NCBI GenBank assembly: GCA_964252035.1
Contig: OZ176207.1
DNA from: Podarcis erhardii
Lineage: Eukaryota
Strand: one strand, 5' to 3'
DNA length: 64,000 nucleotides
Part shown: piece by piece, positions 24,701 to 36,790 of the stretch
How positions within the stretch are numbered: the first letter of the stretch is position 1
How the letters are laid out: every line of letters starts with the position of its first letter
Notes under the pieces: generated by a model
What the model was told of the DNA's origin: nothing
The model's database searches: none
Seen by the model: only the letters and a program-made list of their open reading frames with translations
Program-made: the position numbers and the translations under genes

Positions 24701-25299
24701 CTAAAACATCTGGTAGACCATTAAGACAAAATTAACTAAAACACTCTGTAAGAAGGCTATGCCATGAGTGCCTGCTTTGAACTATGAACATGACTGTTCT
24801 ACCAAGGGAGTGGTTGGTGATAGTCTTCAGAAACCTCTGACAGAATCCATGAAGAATCCAACTCGTGGTGCACTTGTGGAGAAGACAAGGCATGTAGCAT
24901 GAAACCCATTTGTAGCTTTTGAACTGGCCCTTTTTGTTACAGTAAACTTGGTTCATTTCCATTGTCCTATGAGGAAAAAAGATCGCCATTTTAATAAATT
25001 TAATTTTATCCCATTCTGTCATATTATGTACCAATAGCATCAGGTAGGTATCTGATAAACAGTTTTGGTCACTTAATTCTGTGGAGGAAGATCTGATGAT
25101 AATGCCATATACCCCTGTGGCAAAACAGGCCAGTTCCCAAAAAATTCTTTTCCTTTAGAAGGGAGGCAGGTTCCAGTTTTTTCTTTTTTGACATTTGCTT
25201 AAAGATCTTCTCCCAAGCCTTCCTTTTTCATTTCTGCAGTTTGCAATTCCTGGTGGTTTTCATGTTTTAACACTGTGTTGTTATTTGTATTATGTTTTA

Positions 25300-25752
25300 C
25301 ATAGGGACAGCCTGGCCTGTTTCACAGCCTGAAATGAAACAGGAAGGTGCTTCCCCGCCTTCGCCTCTCTTACTGGGGTTGTGCGGCTGTAACTTCCGGT
25401 GAGATCTCGCAAGAGGTCCACAAGATCTCGTCGGAAGCTGCCACCACTTCTCCCTGCTTCTCTGGTGGTGGCAGCAACAGTTGCAGGGAGCAGGTGGGGT
25501 GCTCCCCCCACCATGAGACAAGGGGGGAGCAGTGGCAGCGGTGAGATCTTGCAAGAGGTTAGCGGAAGTGGCTGCCGCTTCTCCCCATTTATCTGGCAGT
25601 GGTGGGTGTGGCGCCTCACCTGTAAGAGTGCCACCCTCACAGGATTCCACTGCCTACATTCACCTCAGCCTTGTAGTTTATTCTATTTCTATGCACCACT
25701 CACGTATTTTTTGAATGCAGAGTGGTTTATAAATTCTGATATAAATAAATAA
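25300..25752. mobile_element. Unclassified GC-rich repeat plus L2-type tail
   Basis: Sharp GC and CpG rise with two diverged internal copies of GGTGAGATCT(C/T)GCAAGAGG. Ends in GAGTGGTTTATAAAT...ATAAATAAATAAAT. Confidence 0.55.
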
Positions 25753-26995
25753 ATTTCCTCAGTTAAATCCGAAACATATTGATTTGTTTGTGTTTTTAAT
25801 TCTGCTCATGTACAAATTGAAGGACACTCCTATTATCATATTATGCATACACTTTGGTATGTGGTGAACAAGATAAGGCCATTCCTGGTGCCTTAAGGCC
25901 AGAATATCCCCTGATACAATGGGGCAACTCTTTGGTGCAAGATTAGCTGCAGGTCTCTAATTGCCACAATAGTATTTCATGTGGGAAGCCAGCATGAAGT
26001 GTGTGATAATGAGGGGAAGAACTATAGACCCTTTTTACTTGTGTTGCCCCTTCATGTGAGGAAAAGTGGAATAGGGCTTTAGACATCCAAATATGATGGG
26101 ATTGTATTCTTAGGTTTATCATACTTCATCTTAAAAAAACAGGGTTTTTTATCATTTGCAGACCATGTTATCTTATCACATTTGCTATCTTGCTCCTGCC
26201 ATTTTTTTTTTTTTAGAATTGCGTAATCTTCTGTACGTTCTGTAATGGAAATAGATCCGATAATTTAGGCTGTGAACCTGCGCTGATAAGGTCAACACAA
26301 GTTCAGTGAGATATAGCAAGCAAATGTGTGTATGTTAACCAGATGATACGGTGAAACCTTCGGGCCACAAGCCTCAGCTACTTACATGCAAGTAATATCA
26401 TTCCATGATATTGTGACCGGAAAGTGACGCCACCATCCATAAATGAGTTACTTTGCTTTTCTTACCTGAGAATCTTTCTTACAGTGTTTTGAGTATTTTC
26501 CTCATATTTTAATTATTAAAAATGCTACATGCAATGTTGAAATTGCAGTTATTATTTTCCAAATGTATACTAAAATGATTGTCTTCATAGTGGATATCAC
26601 AGAGAAATATCGGCTACAATGGCAATGTCTTGCCTAAGCCTTTTTACACAAACATATTTAGCAAGTGACTAAAATCTGAGCAGAAAGCTCATCTTGAAAG
26701 CCTCCTTAATTAAAAATTAAACGATGAATTAAAACTTAAATTATGCAAAACTAATGAGCTACATTATGAAAACCAACAATTAGTGCACTACAATATATGC
26801 AAGAGAAGTGCTAACATTTTTGGACATTTTTTTATTATTATTTTAAACTCCATTGCACGCTGTTCTTGGAAATCCTTCATCCTAAGGCTCCTTTGTATAT
26901 CTGAATTAAGATATAAATCAGTGATTTAAGATTTGCAATGTTTACTAAACGCATCAAAGATTTAAAACATGGGTAATAAAAATGAATCTTTTTGA

Positions 26996-26996
26996 A

Positions 26997-27044
<48 letters not shown>

Positions 27045-27046
27045 AA
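26996..27046. repeat. (GAAA)n microsatellite
   Basis: Directly visible. Confidence 0.97.
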
Positions 27047-27642
27047 TGGAGTGGGGTGGGGAATAAAGATCCAATTGGTTTTCAATTAAAGAAACATCAC
27101 ATTTGTGTGTGTGTGGTTCAGATCAGGTCATCATGTCACCTAGCACAAATCAATAGACTAAGAATGGGCTCATTGACAAAAGTTGTAATTTAACTTACTG
27201 CTCTAATTCTCTCAAACAGAGATTTCTATACTTGCTGATATAGGAGCTCACTAATTGCAGATACAGAGATTCTGAGCAATGAATTTATATATTCATGAGT
27301 TTTCTAGGGATCATCAAAGGGGCACTATTAAATTGTACATCCGTCTTGAAGCTCCTCTGCAAATATATAATGTACTAAGTATTGAGCTTCTGGTGGTGGA
27401 TTTTCAAATCTGATTAGCCTAAGGGGATATTAGAAGACAGTATTCTGGCTACCTCTGTATCCTGTTGGTCATTTCTTCTTATCCTCAAGTAGAAATGCTT
27501 TCAGAACTTGATGTTTGAGCAACTAAATTAAGCCTACAGCCTTGTTTTGGGTTTGCTTTGGCCACTTAGTCTAGCAGATAATGTCTGCTACTGGATTAAA
27601 GAAATGTGACACTTCAATTCAGTGTTCTATGCCCAGACTCAG

Positions 27643-27866
27643 AAGGATCCAGATTCACCATTCTGTGAATGGAAGGGCTCCTTCCATTCACAGAAGACAA
27701 TGAGATCCTGCAGAGGCTCTCCACTTGGGGAAAGGAGTTGATCTTTGCTTATTTCTCCTCATGTCTGGTGCAGTAGAACAGCTATCTACAAAGAACGGAC
27801 AGAAAGAGGAATAGGCAAAATAGACTTACTCCCTTTTCTCTTCTCTGACCACAAGTCTAGATCCAG
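27643..27866. mobile_element. Degraded MITE-like remnant with internal perfect palindrome
   Basis: Ends GGATCCAGATT and AGTCTAGATCC are imperfect inverted repeats. Internal 16-bp inverted repeat at 27661-27695. Confidence 0.45.
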
Positions 27867-28164
27867 CACAGACTGACCACAATGAAGGCTCTTATTGCTG
27901 CTTTCTTGACGAAACAGATAGATTGAGGATGGGCAGTGAATTTATCAAGCGCATTTCAATAATTTCAAGTGATGATTGAGATATTAAATCTATCAGAAAA
28001 GACAAGTATGATGTGCTGACATTTCAAATAATATGTGCAGTTGGTAGATGGGCATTGTGCAGCATAACTCAGATCAGCTGCTTAGCTCATGAATAGAGTG
28101 CTCCAAGATGCTGGTACATCTTGTACATCTTAGTGAAGAAGAGGAAAAAGTTTACCTTGAGGTA

Positions 28165-28495
28165 CACTGAGCCTCTTGGGACTTGCCTATGGGAAGGTCA
28201 GCAGTTCGAATTTGTGCGACAGGGTGAGCCTTGGTTGCTCTATCCCAGCTCCTACCAACCTAGCAATTTGAAAGCATGCCAGTGCAAGTAGATAAATAGG
28301 TACCACTGTGACAGGAAGGTAAATGGCATTTCTGTGCGCTCTGGCACTCATCACAATGTCCCACTGCACCAGAAGTGGTTTAGTCATGCCGACCACAAGA
28401 TCCAGAAAGCTGTCTGTGGACAAATGCTGGCTCCCTTGGCCTGAAGTGAGATGAGCGCCGCACCCCATAGTCGCCTTTTACTGGACTTAACCTTT
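28165..28495 (+). mobile_element. Sauria SINE, 5'-truncated, older
   Basis: Colinear with the other two copies (CAGCAGTTCGAA, GTGCAAGTAGATAAATAGGTACC, GAGATGAGCGCCGCA). Many CpG-to-TpG changes. Confidence 0.88.
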
Positions 28496-29721
28496 TTTGA
28501 AATATAACTAAATGCATGTTTTTCAGTTGTTTTAACCAAAAGGTGTGATTGGCAAAAATAGTAGATGACTTATTTTTCTGTGTAGAAAAGTAAATAACAT
28601 TTTAGAGAAAAAGTGATGCTAGTAGTTAACAAATTACTTCAAAAGGTGTGGAACAAGCCACGGTTGAAGCTCTATTTTTATTTTATTAGCATTCAACAAA
28701 CAAAAAAGGGAAGAACTGGACATGTTTCATGAAATCTAGAGACTACTTATTATTAATTTGAATTTGAATAAAAATGGTAATATAGGAAAAATCCAGGGCT
28801 TTTTAAAAGGGATTTTCACTGGTGCGTAATGAACTCAAAAGGGCACTTTTAACCATGCAAAAAAGCACTTTTAAACTTTCATAAAATACAATTTACATAA
28901 TGCATGCATACTATGACAACTGTAGTTTAATATTAAATATGATTAAAGAAATTTAGCACTTCCATATAATGATTTTCTCCATTCAGATCTTACCCTTTTA
29001 GCAGTTAGAACAATTCCATTTTCTGAATACTCCTTTTGTTGTATTATTACCACTGTTTATGGGCAACATACAAATTATTTCAGTTCCAGAATTAGAAAGA
29101 AGTAAAGCTCACATCAAGCCTTATGACTTGGCAATGATTTACTCTCTTTTCACTGGATACGTCTTTTTGCACAGCCAAGCTGGTCAGTTTGCCATTATTC
29201 TGAAGCCGTAAGTCTAATTCTTGTCCGAGGAGAGTGATTTGTCCTTGTATTTTATTGTATTCTTGTATTCTCTGCTTTGTTTCAGGAGTATTGCCCCTTT
29301 CTCTTTTTCACTAATCACAATGATACTGGCTGAAGGGAGCTTGGCTAATTTACTAATTTACTTTGCTAATTTACCACATTTTGCAGCAGCCTGTTGCATT
29401 TCTTTAGCATTTGGCCTCCTACAGAAACATTTCCACAGAGTCTCTTAGGCTGCTTGGCTACTCTCACAGCTCCTGCTAAAACCTTGACCCTCCTGTCTTT
29501 CACATATAGGAAGAGTATGCTGAGGTGCTTGCTTGTATTCTGGTTGCCTCTTGCATTCCAGTACAATCTTCAGGGCTGCAACATCAGTAAGAAAAAAGAG
29601 GCTTTGCAGAGGATTCCAGGAATGCACAAAGTATATAATGAACCCCAGAGTAGATGCAAAAAACCTAACTGTCCTCTTCCACTTGAACTGCAGTATACTC
29701 ACTTGTATACAGAAGACAATA

Positions 29722-30100
29722 GGGGCGTGGGTAGCACTGTGGTCTAAGCCACTGAGCCTCTTGGGCTTGCCGATCAGAAGGTCGGCGGTTTGAATCCCCA
29801 CGACGGGGTGAGCTGTTGCTCGGTCTTCTCCTGCCAACCTAGCAGTTCGAAAGCACGCCATAAAGTGTAAGTAGATAAATAGGTACCGCTCCAGTGGGAA
29901 GGTAAACGGCGTTTCCGTGCGCTGCTCTGGTTTCGGTGTTCCGTTGTGCCAGAAGTGGCTTAGTCATGCTGGCGACATGACCCAGAAAAACTGTCTGTGG
30001 ACAAACGCCGGCTCCCTCGGCTTGTAAAGCGAAATGAGCGCTGCAACCCCAGAGTCGTCTGCGACTGGACTTAACTGTCAGGGGTCCTCACCTTTACCTT
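29722..30100 (+). mobile_element. Sauria SINE, full length
   Basis: tRNA-like head, central GTAGATAAATAGGTACCGC and ACCTTTACCTT tail. 16-bp TSD TTGTAT(A/G)CAGAAGACA at 29703-29718 and 30100-30115. Confidence 0.93.
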
Positions 30101-30652
30101 TGTATGCAGAAGACATGATTAAATTCCCCCCTGCCTCATCCCTTTCCAACCCCTCTAGCATCAGAAGCAATACAAAAGCATGGGTATAAGGAATTTTTCC
30201 AGACTCTTTTCTGTCTATTTCCTATTCCAAGATAGAAAGTTACTCAAGTGGACAATTAATCTATTATCAAGTTTTCATCACGTTTAACATTCAAGCTTGC
30301 TTTTATTTCAGAGGAGTCCTGTCATCTCATTTGACATTCACAGCTCCATTATTTACTGTGGGCCTTCAGATAAGGTCCCATTGTTTTCAATTGGCATTCT
30401 AGTCCTTTATTTTAGTGTGCCCCTTGTCTACATGGTGCTCTGAACAATATGCTTTGGGGAGGGCAGTATGAAGAGGGCACTTGAGGGGTGGAAGGATGTG
30501 AGTTTATTCAGAAGGGGCACAGGGTGGGTCAGATGGCCAGTGGAACAAAGGGAGCCATACCTTCATTTTGAAAAAAGAAGCTGTAAACAGAAACTACAGT
30601 TTACTGGTAGGTAAACTTAGAGTTCACCTGTGCAGAAATCATGAGGGCTAGA

Positions 30653-30665
30653 GGGGAATTTCCCC
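30653..30665. promoter_or_regulatory. Canonical NF-kB site GGGGAATTTCCCC
   Basis: Exact match to GGGRNWYYCC with symmetric G/C flanks. Motif only. Confidence 0.4.
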
Positions 30666-33312
30666 ACAATTTTTCTTTCTTTTTAAAAATACCCTAACAA
30701 CAGCTGAACATATTCCAGGAAATCTAGAAATTACCTATTAATTTTTTGAATTTGAATAAAAATGTAATCAATATTCTTTCCATGGAATCTGGGCAAAATT
30801 TCATAAAATCTGGGCAGGAGCCAATTTTCCCAGTGTCTGTGGTAGAAAAATCTCAATAGTTCCCTTGTTTCAAGTAAATTTGAGTACAGCTGATAACAAA
30901 ATAAGAAACCACAAAGCATTAGAATGCTTTGATCCTGATTCTAACCCGTGTCATAAGATGAACACCATTTTGCAAACTCTGTTTATGAGGTCCTCTTGAT
31001 TGGGGGCTGTTATACGCTCTTCAATGATAAGTTATAGGACGCAGCAATGGGTCTCTTCTTCATTTCTGAACCACTGCTAAGCAGTTTGAATTAGAATATA
31101 AGGTGAGTGAAAAAGAGAGACTTACTGGATACACCTAATGCTCTATGTGCCTGAATGGCACTAAGCCAGCTGTTTAGGTGGCATACTAGGTTCTCCTGGA
31201 GTAAATATATTATTTGTGAAAGATCCATGTTAGCCCAGAGTACAGTGTAACATTTCAAAGCCTTCAACAATCTCCCCAGGAGGTGGTAGTTGTGGAGGCA
31301 TAATGGGTATCAGCATCTTCAACTGTCAGTTCCTTTCCTCTTGTCTGTCATGACTATTTACTTCTGATCATACCATCTGACACTTCTATGCCACAACAGA
31401 AAGCCTAACCAGCAAAGGATAAGGAAGACATTGGGTTCATGGTTTCTTGTTATGTCACAACAGGCAGCTGGCAACTCATTAACACCATGTGGGGGTGTAA
31501 AAAATAACAGTGTGTTAAGAATAGTGCCTACAGGCACTGTATATAAGGGAAACCCATAGTATACACTGAAATCAGATGAGCAGTTGACTGAAAAGAGTGG
31601 TGTGGGTTGTCTGTTTACCTCTCCCCCCCTTTCTCTCTGCTTCAGAAATGAGTGTTTGCAGTAATGTAAAATGCATGGTAAGAACGTCATTTCCTGAATA
31701 TTATTATGAAAATTAGTAGCACCAATTATGAAGGCAAATGTATTTAATTTGTCATTTGTACATTTCCAAATGCTTCACCTGTGCTGCTGTTCCAGACTGT
31801 AAAGAATGAAGACAGGCTGGAGCATGGACTTTTTACCTGCTCTGCTGTTTGTTGTGGTTTGCCCTGGTTTGTAATCCCTAAATGAGAAGAAAAGAGAGAA
31901 ATCTATTATCTCAATGTCAGTTGACATGATATTCAAAAACCAAGGCAATAACGAAACTCCAAAATAAATTCAAAATCATGGAGGCGAGCTACCTTCTCCA
32001 GCAATTAGAAACTGAAGAGAAAACCATAAGAGTAGTCTGGAAGTCAGATTTGTATCATGACTGGCCCCTTATCAGAGCTGTACAATAAATGATGGTTTCA
32101 TCATAAGACTGTTGTTAAAATTATCCTGGCCCGTAGGTTTCGTAAGTGAATGCATTTGCTGTAGGAAAATCTACATGATTTGTGTATAAAATGGAAGCTC
32201 TTCATTCTCTGTAATCTTCAATGTTTACAGAACTGGACTAGTCCACGTTACTCCATTTTGAGTGCTTTTGCACTTGTTCAGACAAAAAAAGAATACTCTG
32301 TTTATAACAATATAATATTTATTTGTATCCTACGCTGCTACTCATTGCACCCAAGGGGCATGCAACAAAACTGTAAGTCCATATCACTAATCAACAATTT
32401 CTAAAACAATAATAAAAATATGCAGGCTGTGGCAATGAGGTCCACCTGAAAATGGCACAAGGCCCACTGTACGTGAGAAACACTGCTATACGGGATCAAA
32501 CAGCTTGTTGAATAACTTAGTCCTCAGCCACCAATGGCTTCATAGGTTAGACCCAGTTTTCAGTTTGACTTCAGAAAAATCAGGCTACATACATATTTTT
32601 AACACCATTATTTAGAGTCGATACAGCAAGTAACAATTGGTAGACCGTGGCTAATGACTGCTATTATATCTATTTGTCCAATATATAATCACAATTTATT
32701 GTTTTGAATTTTGTTCCTCAAAATTTCTCATATTTATTGCCCCTTGTGTAATTTCCTACTCTTCTCCTTTTGCCCTTTCTTTCCTTAGGGAGGGCCTGTT
32801 CCTATTATCCGAGTTGCTAACTTGTCCACCATTTCACATGCTGTCCTTTCAATTCCCTTTATAATTTTGTATATTGCAGTTAGGTCTCTCTTTAATTTCT
32901 TCCTTTTCCAAGGACTTCACCTCTGCCATAGTTTCTTTAACCTTTTGGACTTCCTAAGTTTCTAGAGTCTTCTATCACTCTGGCTGTTCTCTGATGTTCC
33001 TTCTCAAATTCCTTTAGTGTCCTTTTTTGTAATAAGGTGCCTAGGTCTGTATTTCAAATGTTTGGCCTCAGTAGTCCTGTATATACTGCTAGAATAATCT
33101 CCTCTGACTTAAATGCGACAAGCAGGTCAGTCTTTTAAAGGCTGCGGGGCAATTGTGTTGACCCTGGGTTGTATTGCCCTTTCAGACTGCTGACAGTGGA
33201 ACACCCTGAAATGACGGTCAGCTTCCATGAGGGCACTGATAATAAAAATTCTTTTTTCTGTCGTTTCTAATGGGGCAATAAAGTGGTTTGGTTTGGTGAT
33301 GATGTCATCAAT

Positions 33313-33314
<2 letters not shown>

Positions 33315-33361
<47 letters not shown>

Positions 33362-33370
33362 TGTGTGTGT
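33315..33370. repeat. (GT)n microsatellite
   Basis: Directly visible, with one interruption. Confidence 0.97.
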
Positions 33371-33925
33371 TGTCTTTGTACAATATCTGCCCATATTACA
33401 TGGATAAATATTTCACAGATTTGTATGTAGCACTTTCCGGAAGTTACTTTTCATAGATGATTCCCTGCTTGTAACCAGAAAAGTAAGATTTTCAACAATT
33501 GCTGTGCAAAGAAAAATTAACAAAATGATTCTTAAGGGCCTCAGATTTGAACTATTACATGGAAAATAAATGATTATATCTAAGAAATCATATCCTTTTA
33601 CTTACATAGTAAACAGCAAGCCATTTTTTCACTATTAATTTTAGCAGGCGTAGTTTTTTAAAAAAACTTCCTGCAAATTAAAACAAAGATACCACAGAAA
33701 ACATGAAAACAGCATTGATAGACCAATAATAATGTGATGGGTGTGCAGAAGTATGTCACATTTTACTGAATAATCAATGGAGCTTCTTTATATGGCAAGA
33801 TCCCTTTGCCTCTTACCAAAATGAAGAAGCCTGCTTTGGGTTGTTACAACAGCAGTGATGTCAGGTGGCATGTTCTCAGGCATATTGCCCCAGCAGTGAG
33901 TTGTGGCAGATTTTATAAGACTCAG

Positions 33926-34168
33926 AGAATTCTAGTGTTGGAAGGATCCCAAGGGTCATCTAGTCCAACCCCCTGCAATGCAGGAATCTCAGTTAAAGCA
34001 TCCATGACAGATGGCCATCCAACCTCTGCTTAAAAACCTCCAAGGAAGGAGAGTCCACCACCTTCCGAGGGAGTCTGTTCCGCTGTCTGATGGCGCTTAC
34101 TGTCAGAAAGTTCTTCCTGATATTTATTCAGAATCTGCTTTCTTGTAACTTAAATCCATTGGTTTGGA
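33926..34168 (-). mobile_element. CR1 LINE 3' end
   Basis: GTTGGAAGGATCCCAAGGGTCATCTAGTCCAACCCCCTGCAATGCAGG...CCTCCAAGGAAGGAGAGTCCACCACC...CTTACTGTCAGAAAGTTCTTCCT is the reversed CR1 3' terminus typical of squamates. Confidence 0.88.
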
Positions 34169-34599
34169 TTCAAGTTGAATGCATTGGCTCGGATTTATGA
34201 TTTGGGAACCCTATTTGTTGACCTAAGTAAACGTGACTATGTCAAAATTAGGGATGTATGAGGAAATAATAATAATGTTTCTGCCTTTGTATTGTGCTCC
34301 ACTCTCTGAAAGCAACTTCGGAAAAATCCCTGCCGTGGGCCAGGCAGGAGGAAAAGGTGCTAATAATTATGCCTTTGAAATGGACCCCCCCCAAAAAAAA
34401 AGAAAACCAAGTTTGGAAACAATCAGGAGAAATGTGATAATAATTATGACTATGATGATAAAGTTGATAATACTTCCCCACCCCCTAGCAGCTTGGGAAC
34501 AATTAGGCAAGAATGCGGTTGTGGTGATGATGATGCCTAAGTGCTGGGCTTTTCACCAGAGAACAAAACAAGAAAACATGGGAACAAGTAGGGAAAATA

Positions 34600-35125
34600 T
34601 GATCAACCAATCAGTCAATCAATCATGTTATTTCTATGCCACCTTTCCTAAGTTCAAACCATGCTCAGATCATTCTAAAAATAAACCATAAAAATAAATC
34701 ATATAATAAACCATAAACCATGTAGCAAAAGTAAACAATAAATAAAACACCAGAAAGCACACAATCAAATTGAGACAATTTCCAAATAAATCATAACATC
34801 CAAAATAAAGATACAAAAAGATTAATATCAGTAATAGCAACAACCACCCTCCAAACAAACCTGCTTAAACAATACCCCAGCACAAGATTCTGTTCATCAG
34901 CCTCAGCTTTTATGGCCAAAGTGAATGAGACCGTCATTGAGTCAGTGCACAACTCTCCCAGGCCAGGTAAGCGAACAGGTCTCACAGCCAAGAATGGTCT
35001 GTTTTTTCCAGCAGCCTCAGCTTTTGTAACTGGAGTCAGTTAGGGTCCCGTCCTCCTGGGCCATGTAGGAAAAGGTCTGCAAGGCACGGAGCAGGTCTTC
35101 CAGAACTCACAGCCAAGATGGTGGT
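34600..35125 (-). mobile_element. Probable LINE 3' end (L2-type tail) with internally duplicated segment
   Basis: (CAAT)n, then TTATTTCTATGCCACCTTT, then an A-rich tract. This is the reversed pattern of an L2-type tail. Family assignment is uncertain. Confidence 0.5.
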
Positions 35126-36509
35126 TGTGGTGGTCATTATTATACTGCCTTTGCCCTGCCCGCCCCCCTCTTGGGAACAACCTATGCAATATGGTATCAG
35201 AAACAAGAAAGGGTTGTCATATCATCCTCTCGCCCTCCTATTCAACTGAGGGCCCTCACAAGGAGTTACCTGCAGGCAGCCACACGAACACGAGCAACAG
35301 GCATGTGGACGATGGCCACATTTCTTCCTCCAGATCCCCCACCTCGCTTTTTCAGAAAGGCCTCCAAGTTGCATTTTAATTAAAATTACTGGTTTTAACT
35401 CAAAACTATTACGGTGTAATTTTTAGGTTAACATTGATGAGCTCCTAAAAACATCCAATATGCTGTAGTTTGCAATAAACTCTCAAGAACGACAGGCCCT
35501 GAGACCAGATTGCTGTTATTCCATCTCGTTTGTAGAATGCTAACTTGAGTGCTGCGTTAAGAGTTTCAGACTGCAGAGCTTCTCCACTGATCCACCCTAT
35601 TAAATTAATGTAAGTTGCTGAATTCCTTTTTGTTGTTGTTGTTGTTGCTGCTGTCACCTGCTAAAGGTGTGTTTGTATTTGAGCAACTTTGTGAATTGTG
35701 CTGAGACTCTTCGTAGATTTAATAGGCCACACTAGTGAAGCATGCTGCATCTCTGAGGAAGAACGGAATGGCGCATAGGATCAAATGTGTGGTTGTTCAG
35801 TCCCCGATCAAAGGACTGAACCTCAATATTGACCCTCCCTACAGCTGGTTATCTGTTCAGGGGCAGGGAGTTGTGTGGGTGGTTGCTCTGTGTCCCCTGA
35901 AAGCTAGACACGTATCCAGCTGCCATTCATGACATTAGAGACCGCACATACATAACCTTAGTTATCATGAGGTGCCTGGAGATCAATAGCAGCAGGCACC
36001 CTATTGATCCTTTTGATATCCTTTTGATATTGCTGATTATGAGCCGCTGTTGCTTGTGAGACCTGATCAGAGTTTATTGCATCCCTTTCCGGTGGTTCCT
36101 GTCATTTCTGACAGGGGTCACAGAGGGTGGGAAAGTTTCCAGGCGGTTCTGCTTTCCATGATACTTTCCCTTTTGCTCCATGCAGAATGGCCCCTCCACT
36201 TGTACAAGATGTCCCCTTAATTCCACTGATTTTCTCCTTCTGTCAGTCTGTCTCCCTAATTCTGGATGTAACCTCCCCCCCCCCGCCCCAACATTTCATG
36301 GTTTGATGTCAGCCCTTTAAACCAGTGCTTTAGCATCCCTGTTTGGTTTCTAGGTAGAATTCAGTGCACTGGCTTTGGGTTAAGGCTGCTCTCAAAGGCT
36401 ACGATGCGCCCTTATCGGTTTAAGGGGGGGGGAGAGAAACAAAGGAGACTGCATTCTTCTCTAAGATTCAAAACAAATGACTTTTCCCTGAAGTTTGAGG
36501 GTAAAATTC

Positions 36510-36790
36510 AGTAGATGGTCTTGCATTCATGAAAGGCTGTTGAACCAGTAGAGGTTTCTAACAATGGGAGATAAGGGGAAGCAGTTTTGTGAATTCCCCT
36601 TTCCTTTTGCAGCCCCCATGCTACTTTCAACTGTGTTCTGTAGGATCTCCCAATTCCCTGGAGTTGACTGGAGAAGTGCCAGTAGGCCGGGGGGGGGGGG
36701 AGCAAAAACAACCCCTTCTCCTTCCATTAGTGGTCGCCTCTTCTGTGAACTCAAGGATACCAACTGAATTCCACCCAGAACATCTTTTGT
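36510..36790. mobile_element. Degraded MITE-like remnant
   Basis: The GC-rich block TTCCCCTTTCCTTTTGCAGCCCCC resembles the element at 50030-50150. No TSD recognised. Confidence 0.35.
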
